A DNA stretch of 64,000 nt from Minisyncoccota bacterium (lineage in GTDB: Bacteria > Patescibacteriota > Minisyncoccia > UBA6257 > UBA9933). Below, piece by piece: positions 9,014-18,147 of the stretch. The DNA lies in assembly GCA_041650415.1 (NCBI GenBank), contig JBAZLC010000003.1, forward strand, positions 2,033 to 66,032, written 5' to 3'. The notes below the pieces were generated by a model that worked only from the letters and a program-made list of their open reading frames with translations, did not search any database and was not told where the DNA came from. Position 1 is the stretch's first letter. Every line of letters begins with the position of its first letter. A program made the translations under genes and the position numbers.

Positions 9014-9682
9014 ATGGGAAATAAAATTAGGCCAAATTCATTAAGGACGGGAGTTATCAGAGGCTGGTCGGGAAATTGGTTCCCGAAAAGAAATAAATTC
9101 GGCGCTTCGCTCGAGGAAGACATTTTGATTAGAGAAATAATAAACGAAAAAATCGGCAATGCCGGCATCGATAATATTTTGATAGAAAAAGCCGGAGAAA
9201 ATTACAGAGTGACCATTAAGGCCTCGCGTCCGGGAATAATCATCGGCCGCGGCGGAAAAGGAGTTGAAGATTTAACGAAACTTTTGGAAAGCAAATTGAG
9301 AAAAATAAGAAAAGAAAGAAAGAACGACGGAGTGATTTATTTGAATTTAAATATAGAAGAATTAAAGAGGCAGGATGTTTCGGCTAATGTTACCGCGCAA
9401 AACATCGCTTGGGATTTGGAAAAAAGAATTCCGTCTCGCCGGACTATTAAAAAATATTTGGACCAGGTAATGCAGAACAGAGACGTTCAAGGTGCGAAAA
9501 TATTACTCAAAGGAAGATTGGACGGAGCTGAAATCGCTAGAGATCAGCATTTGGAAAAAGGAAAACTTCCGCTTCAGACGTTAAGGGCGAATATTGATTT
9601 CGGTACAGCAACGGCCCGGACGACTTTCGGAGCAATCGGAATAAAGGTTTGGATATATAAAGGAGACGTATTTCAAAAATAA
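9014..9682 (+). CDS. rpsC: 30S ribosomal protein S3
   Basis: 222 aa with a KH domain plus the uS3 C-domain. Confidence 0.93.
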   Translation: MGNKIRPNSLRTGVIRGWSGNWFPKRNKFGASLEEDILIREIINEKIGNAGIDNILIEKAGENYRVTIKASRPGIIIGRGGKGVEDLTKLLESKLRKIRKERKNDGVIYLNLNIEELKRQDVSANVTAQNIAWDLEKRIPSRRTIKKYLDQVMQNRDVQGAKILLKGRLDGAEIARDQHLEKGKLPLQTLRANIDFGTATARTTFGAIGIKVWIYKGDVFQK

Positions 9683-9684
9683 TT

Positions 9685-10101
9685 ATGTTAATGCCTAAAA
9701 AAGTAAAACATAGAAAATGGCAGAAAGGACGATCAAAGACCAGGAAGGTTGAGACTCGCGGGACAAAATTGTCTTACGGTTCTTTTGGGCTGCAAGCTTT
9801 GGAAAACAGCTGGATTAATTCCCGCCAGATAGAAGCGGCGAGAAAAACCATCAGCAATTTCACCAAGAGGGGCGGAAAAATTTGGATAAGAATTTTCCCC
9901 GATAAGCCGATAACCAAGAGGCCGCCGGAAGTTACAATGGGCGGAGGAAAAGGAGCCGTGGAATATTATGTTTTCCCGGTTAAAGTCGGCAGAATGCTTT
10001 TTGAGCTCGACGGATTGCCGGAAGCGGAATCAAAACAAGCGTTGAAAAGAGCCGGTTATAAATTGCCGGTTAAGACCAGAATAATTTCAAAATCACAATG
10101 A
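9685..10101 (+). CDS. rplP: 50S ribosomal protein L16
   Basis: 138 aa matching uL16. It ends in a TGA that overlaps the rpmC ATG (ATGA), which shows TGA is a stop in this genome. Confidence 0.93.
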   Translation: MLMPKKVKHRKWQKGRSKTRKVETRGTKLSYGSFGLQALENSWINSRQIEAARKTISNFTKRGGKIWIRIFPDKPITKRPPEVTMGGGKGAVEYYVFPVKVGRMLFELDGLPEAESKQALKRAGYKLPVKTRIISKSQ

Positions 10102-10301
10102 AAGACAAAGAATTTCAACAAGTAAAAATAAAGCCGATAGAAGCCCTTAATAAGGACTTAGTTGATTACCGCGAAAAATTGAGGAAATTCAAGTTTGATT
10201 TGAGCCAGGGGAAGGTGAAAGATATCAAAGAAATCAAGAAAACGAAAAAAGCGGTTGCCAGAATATTAACGGTAATGAATCAAAAAGATTTAAATAAATA
10301 A
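10098..10301 (+). CDS. rpmC: 50S ribosomal protein L29
   Basis: 67 aa, helical and lysine-rich, at the uL29 position. Confidence 0.85.
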   Translation: MKDKEFQQVKIKPIEALNKDLVDYREKLRKFKFDLSQGKVKDIKEIKKTKKAVARILTVMNQKDLNK

Positions 10302-10305
10302 AAAC

Positions 10306-10536
10306 ATGAAAAGGAATTTACAAGGAATAGTAGTTTCCGACAAAATGGAAAAAACAAGAGTAGTCGCCATCACGCGCTTGAAAAAGCATCCGCGCTACCT
10401 TAAGTACTACAAAGTTACCAAGAATTTTAAAGCCCATGACGAAAAGAATGAATATAAAACGGGTGATAAAGTTGTTATAGAAGAAACAAAACCGATGTCG
10501 AAGGATAAAAGGTGGGTAATAATTTCTAAGATTTAA
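10306..10536 (+). CDS. rpsQ: 30S ribosomal protein S17
   Basis: 76 aa with an OB-fold uS17 sequence ([16 protein letters not shown]). Confidence 0.9.
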   Translation: MKRNLQGIVVSDKMEKTRVVAITRLKKHPRYLKYYKVTKNFKAHDEKNEYKTGDKVVIEETKPMSKDKRWVIISKI

Positions 10537-10540
10537 ATTT

Positions 10541-10906
10541 ATGATACAAGAAAGAAGTATTTTAAAAGTTGCGGATAACAGCGGAGCGAAAATAGTCCGT
10601 TGTTTCAGAATCCTTGGAGGAACCAGACGGCGTTATGCTTCGGTCGGCGACATTGTTGTCGCTTCAGTTCAGAAAGCCGAACCGCGCAAAGCTTTAAAAA
10701 AGAAAGATATCGTCAGAGTGGTGGTAGTCAGACAAAGAAATCCGTTAAGGAGAAATGATGGTTCGTATATCCGTTTCGATGAAAATGCCGTTGTTGTCGT
10801 TGATAAAAAGGAACCGAAAGCGACTCGTATTTTCGGACCTATCCCGCGCGAAATAAAAGAAATGGGATATGAAAAAATAGCGACAATGGCGGAAGAAATA
10901 GTGTAA
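10541..10906 (+). CDS. rplN: 50S ribosomal protein L14
   Basis: MIQERSILKVADNSGAK matches the canonical uL14 N-terminus. Confidence 0.95.
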   Translation: MIQERSILKVADNSGAKIVRCFRILGGTRRRYASVGDIVVASVQKAEPRKALKKKDIVRVVVVRQRNPLRRNDGSYIRFDENAVVVVDKKEPKATRIFGPIPREIKEMGYEKIATMAEEIV

Positions 10907-10920
10907 AAATTCATACAAAC

Positions 10921-11226
10921 ATGAAAATAAAAAAAGACGACAATATAAAAATAATCGCCGGTAAGGATAAAAACAAAACCGGAAAGATTCTGAAAGTCCT
11001 CATAAAAAAGGAAAGAGTTTTGATTGACGGCTTAAATCTTTATAAAAAACACGTTCGTCCGAAAAGACAAGGAGAGAAAGGAGAAACCGTTTTGGTTCCG
11101 AGGCCGATTAATATTTCAAACGTAATGCTGGTTTGCCCGGCTTGCGGCAGAGCGACAAGGACCGGTTTTACCGTAACCAAAGGAAAGAAAACAAGAATCT
11201 GCAAAAAATGCGGAGCAACTATATAA
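10921..11226 (+). CDS. rplX: 50S ribosomal protein L24 with a C-terminal C4 zinc-ribbon extension
   Basis: A KOW motif (IKIIAGKDKNKTGKIL) is followed by CPACG...CKKCG. Confidence 0.85.
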   Translation: MKIKKDDNIKIIAGKDKNKTGKILKVLIKKERVLIDGLNLYKKHVRPKRQGEKGETVLVPRPINISNVMLVCPACGRATRTGFTVTKGKKTRICKKCGATI

Positions 11227-11230
11227 AAAC

Positions 11231-11737
11231 ATGGAAAAGAAAACAAAGAAAAACGATTTAAAAAATCCAAAAATAGAAAAAGTTGTCATTAACGTCGGCG
11301 TTGGAAGAATTTCCCAGCAACAGGAATTTGAGACCAAAATTTTGCCGGAAATAATAAGCAGCTTGTCTTTGATTGCCGGACAAAAGCCGGTTATTTGCAA
11401 ATCCAACAAATCAATCGCCGGATTTAAATTAAGAGCGGGCCAAACAGTGGGCTTGAAAGTCACTTTAAGACGCCAAAAAATGCGAGATTTTGTGGCAAAA
11501 TTGGTAAATATCGCTTTACCGCGCGTCCGCGATTTCCAGGGAATCAGTCTGAAAAACATCGATAAAAACGGAGGTCTGACGATAGGCATGAAAGAGCATA
11601 TTGTTTTTCCGGAAATAGATTCTGAACTCTCAAAGTTTGACTTCGGTATGGAAATAAGTATTGTAAGTAGTGCGAAAAACAAGGAAGACGCGATAAATTT
11701 ATACAAGTCGATTGGAATTCCGTTTAAGAAATCATAA
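11231..11737 (+). CDS. rplE: 50S ribosomal protein L5
   Basis: 168 aa matching uL5. Confidence 0.92.
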   Translation: MEKKTKKNDLKNPKIEKVVINVGVGRISQQQEFETKILPEIISSLSLIAGQKPVICKSNKSIAGFKLRAGQTVGLKVTLRRQKMRDFVAKLVNIALPRVRDFQGISLKNIDKNGGLTIGMKEHIVFPEIDSELSKFDFGMEISIVSSAKNKEDAINLYKSIGIPFKKS

Positions 11738-11742
11738 ATAAC

Positions 11743-11928
11743 ATGGCAAAAGAATCAGTAATCGCGAGAGCGAAAAAAAAACCGAAATACTCAACCCGCA
11801 TCAGCAGGCGCTGCTTTAAGTGCGGCCGCAAAAGGGGATATTTGAGGGATTTTGAATTATGCAGAATTTGTTTCAGGGAATTGGCTTCACGCGGAGAAAT
11901 ACCCGGAATAACAAAGTCATCGTGGTAA
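11743..11928 (+). CDS. rpsN: 30S ribosomal protein S14, zinc-binding type Z
   Basis: 61 aa with [20 protein letters not shown]. Confidence 0.92.
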   Translation: MAKESVIARAKKKPKYSTRISRRCFKCGRKRGYLRDFELCRICFRELASRGEIPGITKSSW

Positions 11929-11935
11929 TATAAAT

Positions 11936-12322
11936 ATGTATATAGATTTATTGACTAAAATTAAAAATGCCCAAGCCGTCAAGAAAGAAATCGCCAAGTC
12001 GGCGTTTTCGAAAATGGACGAGCAAGTATTGGAAATTCTTTTGGCAAAGGGTTATATTTCGGGCTTTGAAAAAAAGGGTAAAGGCGCCAAGCGCGTTTTT
12101 GATATTCAATTGAAATACGATAAAGACACTAATGACGGCGCCATCGCCGGAATAAAATTTATCAGCAAGCCTTCGCGTAAGATGTATATCGGCTATAAAG
12201 AAATAAGGCCGATAAAATCCGGCTATGGATTGATGGTACTTTCTACGCCCGATGGAGTTTTGGCCGGCGGAGAGGCGAAAAAGAAGAAAATTGGAGGAGA
12301 ATTATTATTCGAGATTTGGTAA
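11936..12322 (+). CDS. rpsH: 30S ribosomal protein S8
   Basis: 128 aa matching uS8. Confidence 0.9.
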   Translation: MYIDLLTKIKNAQAVKKEIAKSAFSKMDEQVLEILLAKGYISGFEKKGKGAKRVFDIQLKYDKDTNDGAIAGIKFISKPSRKMYIGYKEIRPIKSGYGLMVLSTPDGVLAGGEAKKKKIGGELLFEIW

Positions 12323-12332
12323 ACATAAAATT

Positions 12333-12878
12333 ATGTCAAAAATAGGAAAAAAACCCATAGTTGTTCCGGCAAGCGTTGAAGTTAAAATTGACGACGGCTT
12401 TTTATTTTTTAAAAGCTCAAACGGGAATATGAAATTGGAAGTGCCGCGCGGTATAAAAGCCGAACTGAAAGAAAATGAATTAACGTTTTCTCCGGAAAAT
12501 AAATTGAGATTGACGCAAGCGCTTTGGGGTACGGCCAGAGCTTTGGCGAATAACGCCATAAACGGATTGTCTTCGGGATTTGAAAAAAGCTTGAAACTGG
12601 AAGGAGTCGGCTACAGGGCGGCAATGGAAGGCGAGGCTTTGGTTTTGAATTTGGGATTGTCTCATCCGATTAAATTTATTCCTCCGCAGGGAGTGAAAAT
12701 TTCCGTTGATAAAAACGTAATTCAAGTTAAGGGTTATGACAAAGGAGCCGTAGGTCAATCAGCGGCCAAAATAAGAGCTTTCAAGAAACCGGAGCCGTAT
12801 AAAGGCAAGGGAATCAGATACAGCGATGAAATTATCCGTAGAAAAGCCGGTAAGAAAGTCGCCGGAACGGCAAAATAA
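12333..12878 (+). CDS. rplF: 50S ribosomal protein L6
   Basis: MSKIGKKPIVVP matches the uL6 N-terminus. The longer 12252 start on the ORF track overlaps rpsH and is probably spurious. Confidence 0.9.
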   Translation: MSKIGKKPIVVPASVEVKIDDGFLFFKSSNGNMKLEVPRGIKAELKENELTFSPENKLRLTQALWGTARALANNAINGLSSGFEKSLKLEGVGYRAAMEGEALVLNLGLSHPIKFIPPQGVKISVDKNVIQVKGYDKGAVGQSAAKIRAFKKPEPYKGKGIRYSDEIIRRKAGKKVAGTAK

Positions 12879-12891
12879 TATAATTTAAAAT

Positions 12892-13251
12892 ATGAAAAAA
12901 AGAAAAGCTTTAAACGAAATAAAGGATAGAAGGAAGAAAAGAACAAGGGCGAGATTGTCCGGTTCTTTGGAGCGCCCCCGCTTTTCGGTTTTCAGGAGCA
13001 ATAGCTATACTTACGTTCAAATAATAGATGATGAAAATGGAAAGACTTTGGCAAGCGCTTCGACTATGGAATTGAAAAAACAGGCAAAAGCGCCGGGAAA
13101 AGAATTGGCGGCAAAACTTGGAGAGCTTATTGCCAAAAAAGCGGTTGAAAAGGGAATCAAGAAAGTCGTTTTTGACAGGGGAAGTTATAATTATCACGGC
13201 CGGGTTCAAGCAGTTGCCGATGCCGCGAGAAAAGGCGGTCTTGAATTCTAA
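12892..13251 (+). CDS. rplR: 50S ribosomal protein L18
   Basis: 119 aa with the uL18 C-terminus ([21 protein letters not shown]). Confidence 0.9.
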   Translation: MKKRKALNEIKDRRKKRTRARLSGSLERPRFSVFRSNSYTYVQIIDDENGKTLASASTMELKKQAKAPGKELAAKLGELIAKKAVEKGIKKVVFDRGSYNYHGRVQAVADAARKGGLEF

Positions 13252-13284
13252 TTATCCAATTATCTAATTAACTAATTATCTAAC

Positions 13285-13746
13285 ATGTATAAAGGACAAG
13301 TAAAACCTAAAAGTGAATTTAAAGAAAAAGTTTTGGATATGCGCCGCGTAACACGCGTTGTTGCCGGTGGTAAAAGATTCCGCTTCCGCGCGACCGTTGT
13401 TATTGGCGACGAGAAAGGAAGAGTCGGAGTCGGAATAGCCAAAGGATTGGACGTCGCTCAAGCGGTGGAAAAAGCGAAATTAAACGCCAAAAAAGGATTG
13501 GTAACAATTACGTTAAAAGACAGAACGGTTGCGCATGAAATCGACGCTAAATTCAGCGCGGCGAGAGTTGTTATCAAGCCAGCGAAGAACGGACACGGTC
13601 TTAAGGCCGGAGGAGCGGTTCGCGTGGTTTTGCTTTTGGCCGGAGTTAAAGACGCCACGGCGAAATGCACGGGCAGGACTAAAAATAAATTAACAAACGC
13701 TTTAGCGGCAATGGAAGCGTTGAAAAATTTAAAAACTAAAAATTAA
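13285..13746 (+). CDS. rpsE: 30S ribosomal protein S5
   Basis: 153 aa matching uS5. It is followed directly by rplO, with no rpmD/L30 gene between. Confidence 0.92.
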   Translation: MYKGQVKPKSEFKEKVLDMRRVTRVVAGGKRFRFRATVVIGDEKGRVGVGIAKGLDVAQAVEKAKLNAKKGLVTITLKDRTVAHEIDAKFSAARVVIKPAKNGHGLKAGGAVRVVLLLAGVKDATAKCTGRTKNKLTNALAAMEALKNLKTKN

Positions 13747-13750
13747 AACT

Positions 13751-14179
13751 ATGCAACTTCATGAATTAAAATCAAAATCTAAATCTAAAGCCCGTCAGCG
13801 AATTGGCAGGGGAGGCAAAAGAGGCACTTATTCGGGAAAAGGACAAAAAGGCCAGAAATCCCGTTCGGGTCACGTAATCAGACCGGCGGAAAGAGATTTA
13901 ATCCAGCGCTTGCCGAAACTCCGCGGTTTCAGATTTAAACCCTTAAAAGAAAAGCCGGTTGTTTTGAATTTGGGCTTTTTGACCTCGAAAATAAAAAGCG
14001 GCATAATTAACAGAGATGCCCTGATTGCCGCCGGTTTGATAAGTAAAAATGAAAAGAATATAAAAATCGTCGGCCAAAAAAAAGAAGGCGGGTCGATGAA
14101 AGCAATTGAAATTAGCGGTCTTAAAGTCTCGAAGAAATTAAAAGACGAGATAGAAAAAGCCGGAGGCAAAGTGGGTTAA
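13751..14179 (+). CDS. rplO: 50S ribosomal protein L15
   Basis: 142 aa and glycine/lysine-rich, matching uL15. Confidence 0.9.
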   Translation: MQLHELKSKSKSKARQRIGRGGKRGTYSGKGQKGQKSRSGHVIRPAERDLIQRLPKLRGFRFKPLKEKPVVLNLGFLTSKIKSGIINRDALIAAGLISKNEKNIKIVGQKKEGGSMKAIEISGLKVSKKLKDEIEKAGGKVG

Positions 14180-14187
14180 TTAAAATA

Positions 14188-15456
14188 ATGAATAAATTAG
14201 TACAACTTTTTAAAATCTCCGACCTTAGAAAAAAAATCTTAATGGTCGGGCTTTTGCTCGCGGCGACAAGAGTTTTGTCGGCGATCCCTATTCCTTCGGT
14301 GGACGCTTTTAAAATGAAAGAATTTTTGGCCTCAAGCCAATTATTCGGTTTTGTTAATCTTTTTTCCGGAGGCGGTTTAAGCAGTCTTTCAATAGTTATG
14401 ATAGGCGTGGCGCCTTATATTACGGCGACCATCATCATGCAGCTTTTGACAATGATTTTTCCGAAATTGAAAGAAATGTATTACGAAGAGGGAGCGGCTG
14501 GGAAAGCGAAGTTTAATCGCTGGTCGCGCTATATTACGGTTCCTTTGGCCGGGCTTCAGGCTTACGGATTTTTGAATATTTTGGTTTCTCAAGGCGTTAT
14601 TTCTCAAATGGGACTGTTTGATTTGATTAAAAACGTCGTTATCGTTTCAGCCGGGTCAATGGTTTTAGTTTGGCTTGGCGAATTGATTACTGAATATAAA
14701 ATAGGTAACGGCATTTCCTTGATAATTTTTGCCGGTATAGTTGCCAGTCTTCCCGCGACTATCGGCCAGGCTTTCTTTTCTTATACCGCCGAAACTTTGC
14801 CGACGTATTTGATTTTCGCGATTCTGGCGGTTTTGGTAATTGCCGGAGTGGTTTTTGTAAACGAAGGCGAAAGGAAAATTCCGATAGCTTACGCCAAAAG
14901 AGTAAGAGGAATGAAAATGTATGGCGGCGCTTCAAGTTATCTGCCGCTTAAAGTAAACCAAGCTGGAGTTATTCCGATAATTTTCGCCATTTCCATTTTG
15001 CTTTTTCCGCAGTTTATAGCGCAAGCGGTGGCGATTTTTTCTAAAAGCTTGTCGCTTACGCTTACGGACTGGGTTAATTATGTTTTTAATAACCAGTATC
15101 TTTACAGCGCTTTTTACTTCTTTTTGGTTGTGGTTTTTACCTATTTTTATACCGCGGTTACCTTCGATCCGAAGGAAATATCGAAAAATCTCCAGCGTTC
15201 TGGTGGGTTCGTCGCGGGCATAAGACCGGGCGAGTCAACTACCGGTTTTCTTTCAAAAATAATCAACAGATTGACTCTTTCGGGCGCTTTATTTTTGGGA
15301 GTAATAGCGATTTTGCCGAATCTTACTCAAATGGCGACAGGCATCAAAATTTTGACAATCGGCGGCACCGCGCTCTTGATTGTCGTTTCGGTCGCTCTTG
15401 AAACAATCAGGCAAATCAATTCTCAATTGATAATGAGAGAATACGAGGAAATTTAA
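14188..15456 (+). CDS. secY: Protein translocase subunit SecY
   Basis: 422 aa with 10 predicted TM segments, in the conserved position after rplO. Confidence 0.93.
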   Translation: MNKLVQLFKISDLRKKILMVGLLLAATRVLSAIPIPSVDAFKMKEFLASSQLFGFVNLFSGGGLSSLSIVMIGVAPYITATIIMQLLTMIFPKLKEMYYEEGAAGKAKFNRWSRYITVPLAGLQAYGFLNILVSQGVISQMGLFDLIKNVVIVSAGSMVLVWLGELITEYKIGNGISLIIFAGIVASLPATIGQAFFSYTAETLPTYLIFAILAVLVIAGVVFVNEGERKIPIAYAKRVRGMKMYGGASSYLPLKVNQAGVIPIIFAISILLFPQFIAQAVAIFSKSLSLTLTDWVNYVFNNQYLYSAFYFFLVVVFTYFYTAVTFDPKEISKNLQRSGGFVAGIRPGESTTGFLSKIINRLTLSGALFLGVIAILPNLTQMATGIKILTIGGTALLIVVSVALETIRQINSQLIMREYEEI

Positions 15457-15473
15457 TTGATAATCGAAAATTT

Positions 15474-16166
15474 ATGAAGGCTATTATAGTTATGGGTCCG
15501 CAGGGTTCGGGCAAAGGAACTCAAGCGGAACTCTTAGCTAAAAAATTAGATCTCTTTCACTTTGACAGCGGCCAGTATTTGAGGGCGGTTCTTTACGATC
15601 CGGCGTCCAAAAATGACAAAGTAATCCAGAGGGAGCGTAAACTTAACGAGGCTGGAATTTTAAACACTCCGTCGTGGATTTTAAAAATATTTTCCCAGAT
15701 TGTTAAAAAAACAGCCGCGCTTAAAAAGGGAATTGTTTTAAGCGGTTCCCCCCGGACTATTTACGAAGCTTTTGGTTATAATCAGGGTGAAAATAAAAAA
15801 AATAAGACCGGCTTAATGGATGTTTTAAGTAAATCTTATGGGAAAGAAAATGTTTTTACGTTCGTATTGGATATTCCACTAAAAGAATCGCTTAAAAGAA
15901 CAAGCGGCAGGCTGACTTGTTCCGTTTGTAAAAGTCCGTTTATGGTCCAGAAATATAAAATGGATTCTTGTCCGTTTTGCGGAGGCGAGCTGGTAAGACG
16001 TAAAGACGATAATAAAGAGGGCATTATGAAAAGACTGGAAGAATACAAAAATCGTACAACGCCGATTTTGACTGAACTTAGAAAGAGAAAATATAAAATT
16101 ATTAAAATAGACGGCACTCCTTTGCCTTATAAAATTCATAAAGCGATTATTGGCAAGGTAAAATAA
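15474..16166 (+). CDS. adk: Adenylate kinase (zinc-binding LID domain)
   Basis: A GPQGSGKGTQAE P-loop and a CSVC...CPFCGG lid. Confidence 0.9.
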   Translation: MKAIIVMGPQGSGKGTQAELLAKKLDLFHFDSGQYLRAVLYDPASKNDKVIQRERKLNEAGILNTPSWILKIFSQIVKKTAALKKGIVLSGSPRTIYEAFGYNQGENKKNKTGLMDVLSKSYGKENVFTFVLDIPLKESLKRTSGRLTCSVCKSPFMVQKYKMDSCPFCGGELVRRKDDNKEGIMKRLEEYKNRTTPILTELRKRKYKIIKIDGTPLPYKIHKAIIGKVK

Positions 16167-16171
16167 TTTTA

Positions 16172-16942
16172 ATGGCAAATCTTATAAAATCTCCAAAAGA
16201 AATAAAAAATATTGCCGTTGCCGGCAAAATTTTGGCGAAAATCCTTAAAGTTTTGGAGAAAGAAGCCAAGATAGGCGTTTCTTTAAAACAACTGGATAAT
16301 CTTGCCTATCAATTATCAAAAAAGAACGGCGTTCAGCCGGCTTTTTTGGGCTATCGGCCCGACGCCGCTTATAAGCCTTTTGGCGCTTCAATTTGCGCTT
16401 CGTTAAACGACGTTATCGTTCATGGCTTGCCGAATAATTACAAACTCCGTTCCGGAGATATTTTAAAAATTGATTTTGGCGTTGAGTATCGCGAAGGCGG
16501 AAAAAGTTTTTTCGCGGATTCGGCAACAACCGTCGGTTTGGGGAAAATTTCGAAAGATGCCGGAATTTTAATAAAAGCGACAAAAACAGCACTTGAAAAA
16601 GCGGTTAAAGCCGCCAAGCCCGGCAATACGTTGGGAGATATCGGTTATGCCATTGAAAGATTGGCGCGGGAAAATAAATTAAGCGTGTTAAAAGAATTAA
16701 CGGGTCATGGCACCGGCTTGGCCCTGCATGAAGACCCAATAATTTATAATTTCGGCGATAAAGGCAAGGGGATGGTTTTAAAACCCGGAATGGTTTTAGC
16801 CATTGAACCGATGCTTTCAACAGGCTCATGGGAAATCATTCAAAGGCCCGATGAAAGCTGGGCAACGGCCGACGGCGGCTTATCGGCTCATTTTGAGCAC
16901 ACATTGGTAATCATTGAAAGGGGACAGAAAGTATTGACGTAA
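16172..16942 (+). CDS. map: Type I methionine aminopeptidase
   Basis: 256 aa with the pita-bread fold metal ligands (HG, D, H, E motifs), positioned after adk. Confidence 0.9.
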   Translation: MANLIKSPKEIKNIAVAGKILAKILKVLEKEAKIGVSLKQLDNLAYQLSKKNGVQPAFLGYRPDAAYKPFGASICASLNDVIVHGLPNNYKLRSGDILKIDFGVEYREGGKSFFADSATTVGLGKISKDAGILIKATKTALEKAVKAAKPGNTLGDIGYAIERLARENKLSVLKELTGHGTGLALHEDPIIYNFGDKGKGMVLKPGMVLAIEPMLSTGSWEIIQRPDESWATADGGLSAHFEHTLVIIERGQKVLT

Positions 16943-16969
16943 ATTTAATTAAGTTTAAAATTATTAAAC

Positions 16970-17692
16970 ATGAAAATACATTTATCCGTAATTATTCCGG
17001 CGTATAACGAGGCAAAGAGAATATCTCCGGCCTTAATTGATATAGATAAATATTTTAAAAACGTGGATTACGACTACGAAATTATCGTTGTCGATAATAA
17101 TTCGACCGATGCCACAAAAGAAGTCATTGAAAGACTTTCTCATATTATTAAGAATTTAAGAATGATTGAATGCAAAACTCCGGGCAAAGGCGCGGCGGTT
17201 CAAGCGGGCATGCTTAACGCCAAAGGTGAATACAGATTATTCATAGATGCGGATGGTGCCATTAAAATAGACCACCTTGATAAATTCTGGCCGTATTTAA
17301 AACAGGGTTACGATATTGTTATTGGCTCAATAGAATTAAAAGACGCGAAAATAGTGGAACATGACGCGGGGTACCGCAGATTACTCGGTAAACTGGCGAA
17401 ATATTTGATAAGAGCTTTGACTATTTGGGAAATTCATGACACCCAAAGAGCATTCAAACTTTTTCCGGCAGAAGCCGCCGAAAAAATATTTTCCCGCCAA
17501 ACGGTTATGAAGTGGCTGTTTGATATAGAAATTCTGATTCTTGCCAAAAAAATGGGGTACAAGATAAAAGAAATTCCGGTCACCTGGATAAATCCGGCGG
17601 AGAGTAAAGTGGTTTTTGCGGATTACTTTCGCTCACTGAAAGAGCTTTTCAAAATAAAATGGAGATTAATAACGGGAAAATATAATATATGA
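16970..17692 (+). CDS. Family 2 glycosyltransferase (DPM1/dolichyl-phosphate sugar transferase-like)
   Basis: VIIPAYNE...VVDNNSTD...DADG motifs of GT-A GT2 enzymes. Confidence 0.75.
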   Translation: MKIHLSVIIPAYNEAKRISPALIDIDKYFKNVDYDYEIIVVDNNSTDATKEVIERLSHIIKNLRMIECKTPGKGAAVQAGMLNAKGEYRLFIDADGAIKIDHLDKFWPYLKQGYDIVIGSIELKDAKIVEHDAGYRRLLGKLAKYLIRALTIWEIHDTQRAFKLFPAEAAEKIFSRQTVMKWLFDIEILILAKKMGYKIKEIPVTWINPAESKVVFADYFRSLKELFKIKWRLITGKYNI

Positions 17693-18144
17693 AAACTTAT
17701 TTAACAAAAGAACGCTACGAAGAATTAAAAGCTGAACTTCAACGGCTCAAAATTGAAGGTAGAATGGAAATCGCCGACCGCCTTAAAAAATCGAAAGATT
17801 ACGGCGATTTGAGTGAGAATTCGGAATATTCGGATGCCAAAGACGCGCAGGCAAAATTGGAAGCTAAAATTTTTGATATTGAAGAATCGCTCAAGGAAGC
17901 GGTTATAATTAAGAAAAGCGCGAATAGGGATATTGCCGGCGTTGGCTCGACGGTTGAGGCTCAAAAAGGCATGAAAATCGTTGTTTATACAATTGTGGGC
18001 TCAAACGAGTCGAAACCCGAGGATAACCTGATTTCGAACGAATCGCCCCTGGGAAGGGCATTTTTAGGCCGAAAAGCGGGCGATATGGTGGAAATGGATG
18101 CTCCTTCGGGCAAAATAAAGTATAAAATACTTAAAGTAACCTAA
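17689..18144 (+). CDS. greA: Transcription elongation factor GreA
   Basis: 151 aa with the conserved DLSENSEY acidic-tip region and an FKBP-like C-domain. Confidence 0.85.
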   Translation: MKTYLTKERYEELKAELQRLKIEGRMEIADRLKKSKDYGDLSENSEYSDAKDAQAKLEAKIFDIEESLKEAVIIKKSANRDIAGVGSTVEAQKGMKIVVYTIVGSNESKPEDNLISNESPLGRAFLGRKAGDMVEMDAPSGKIKYKILKVT

Positions 18145-18147
18145 ACT

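Noticed and set aside
12252-12332. Extended N-terminus of rplF overlapping rpsH
   Set aside because: The canonical uL6 N-terminus MSKIGKKPI begins at the ATG at 12333; the extension reads through the rpsH C-terminus.
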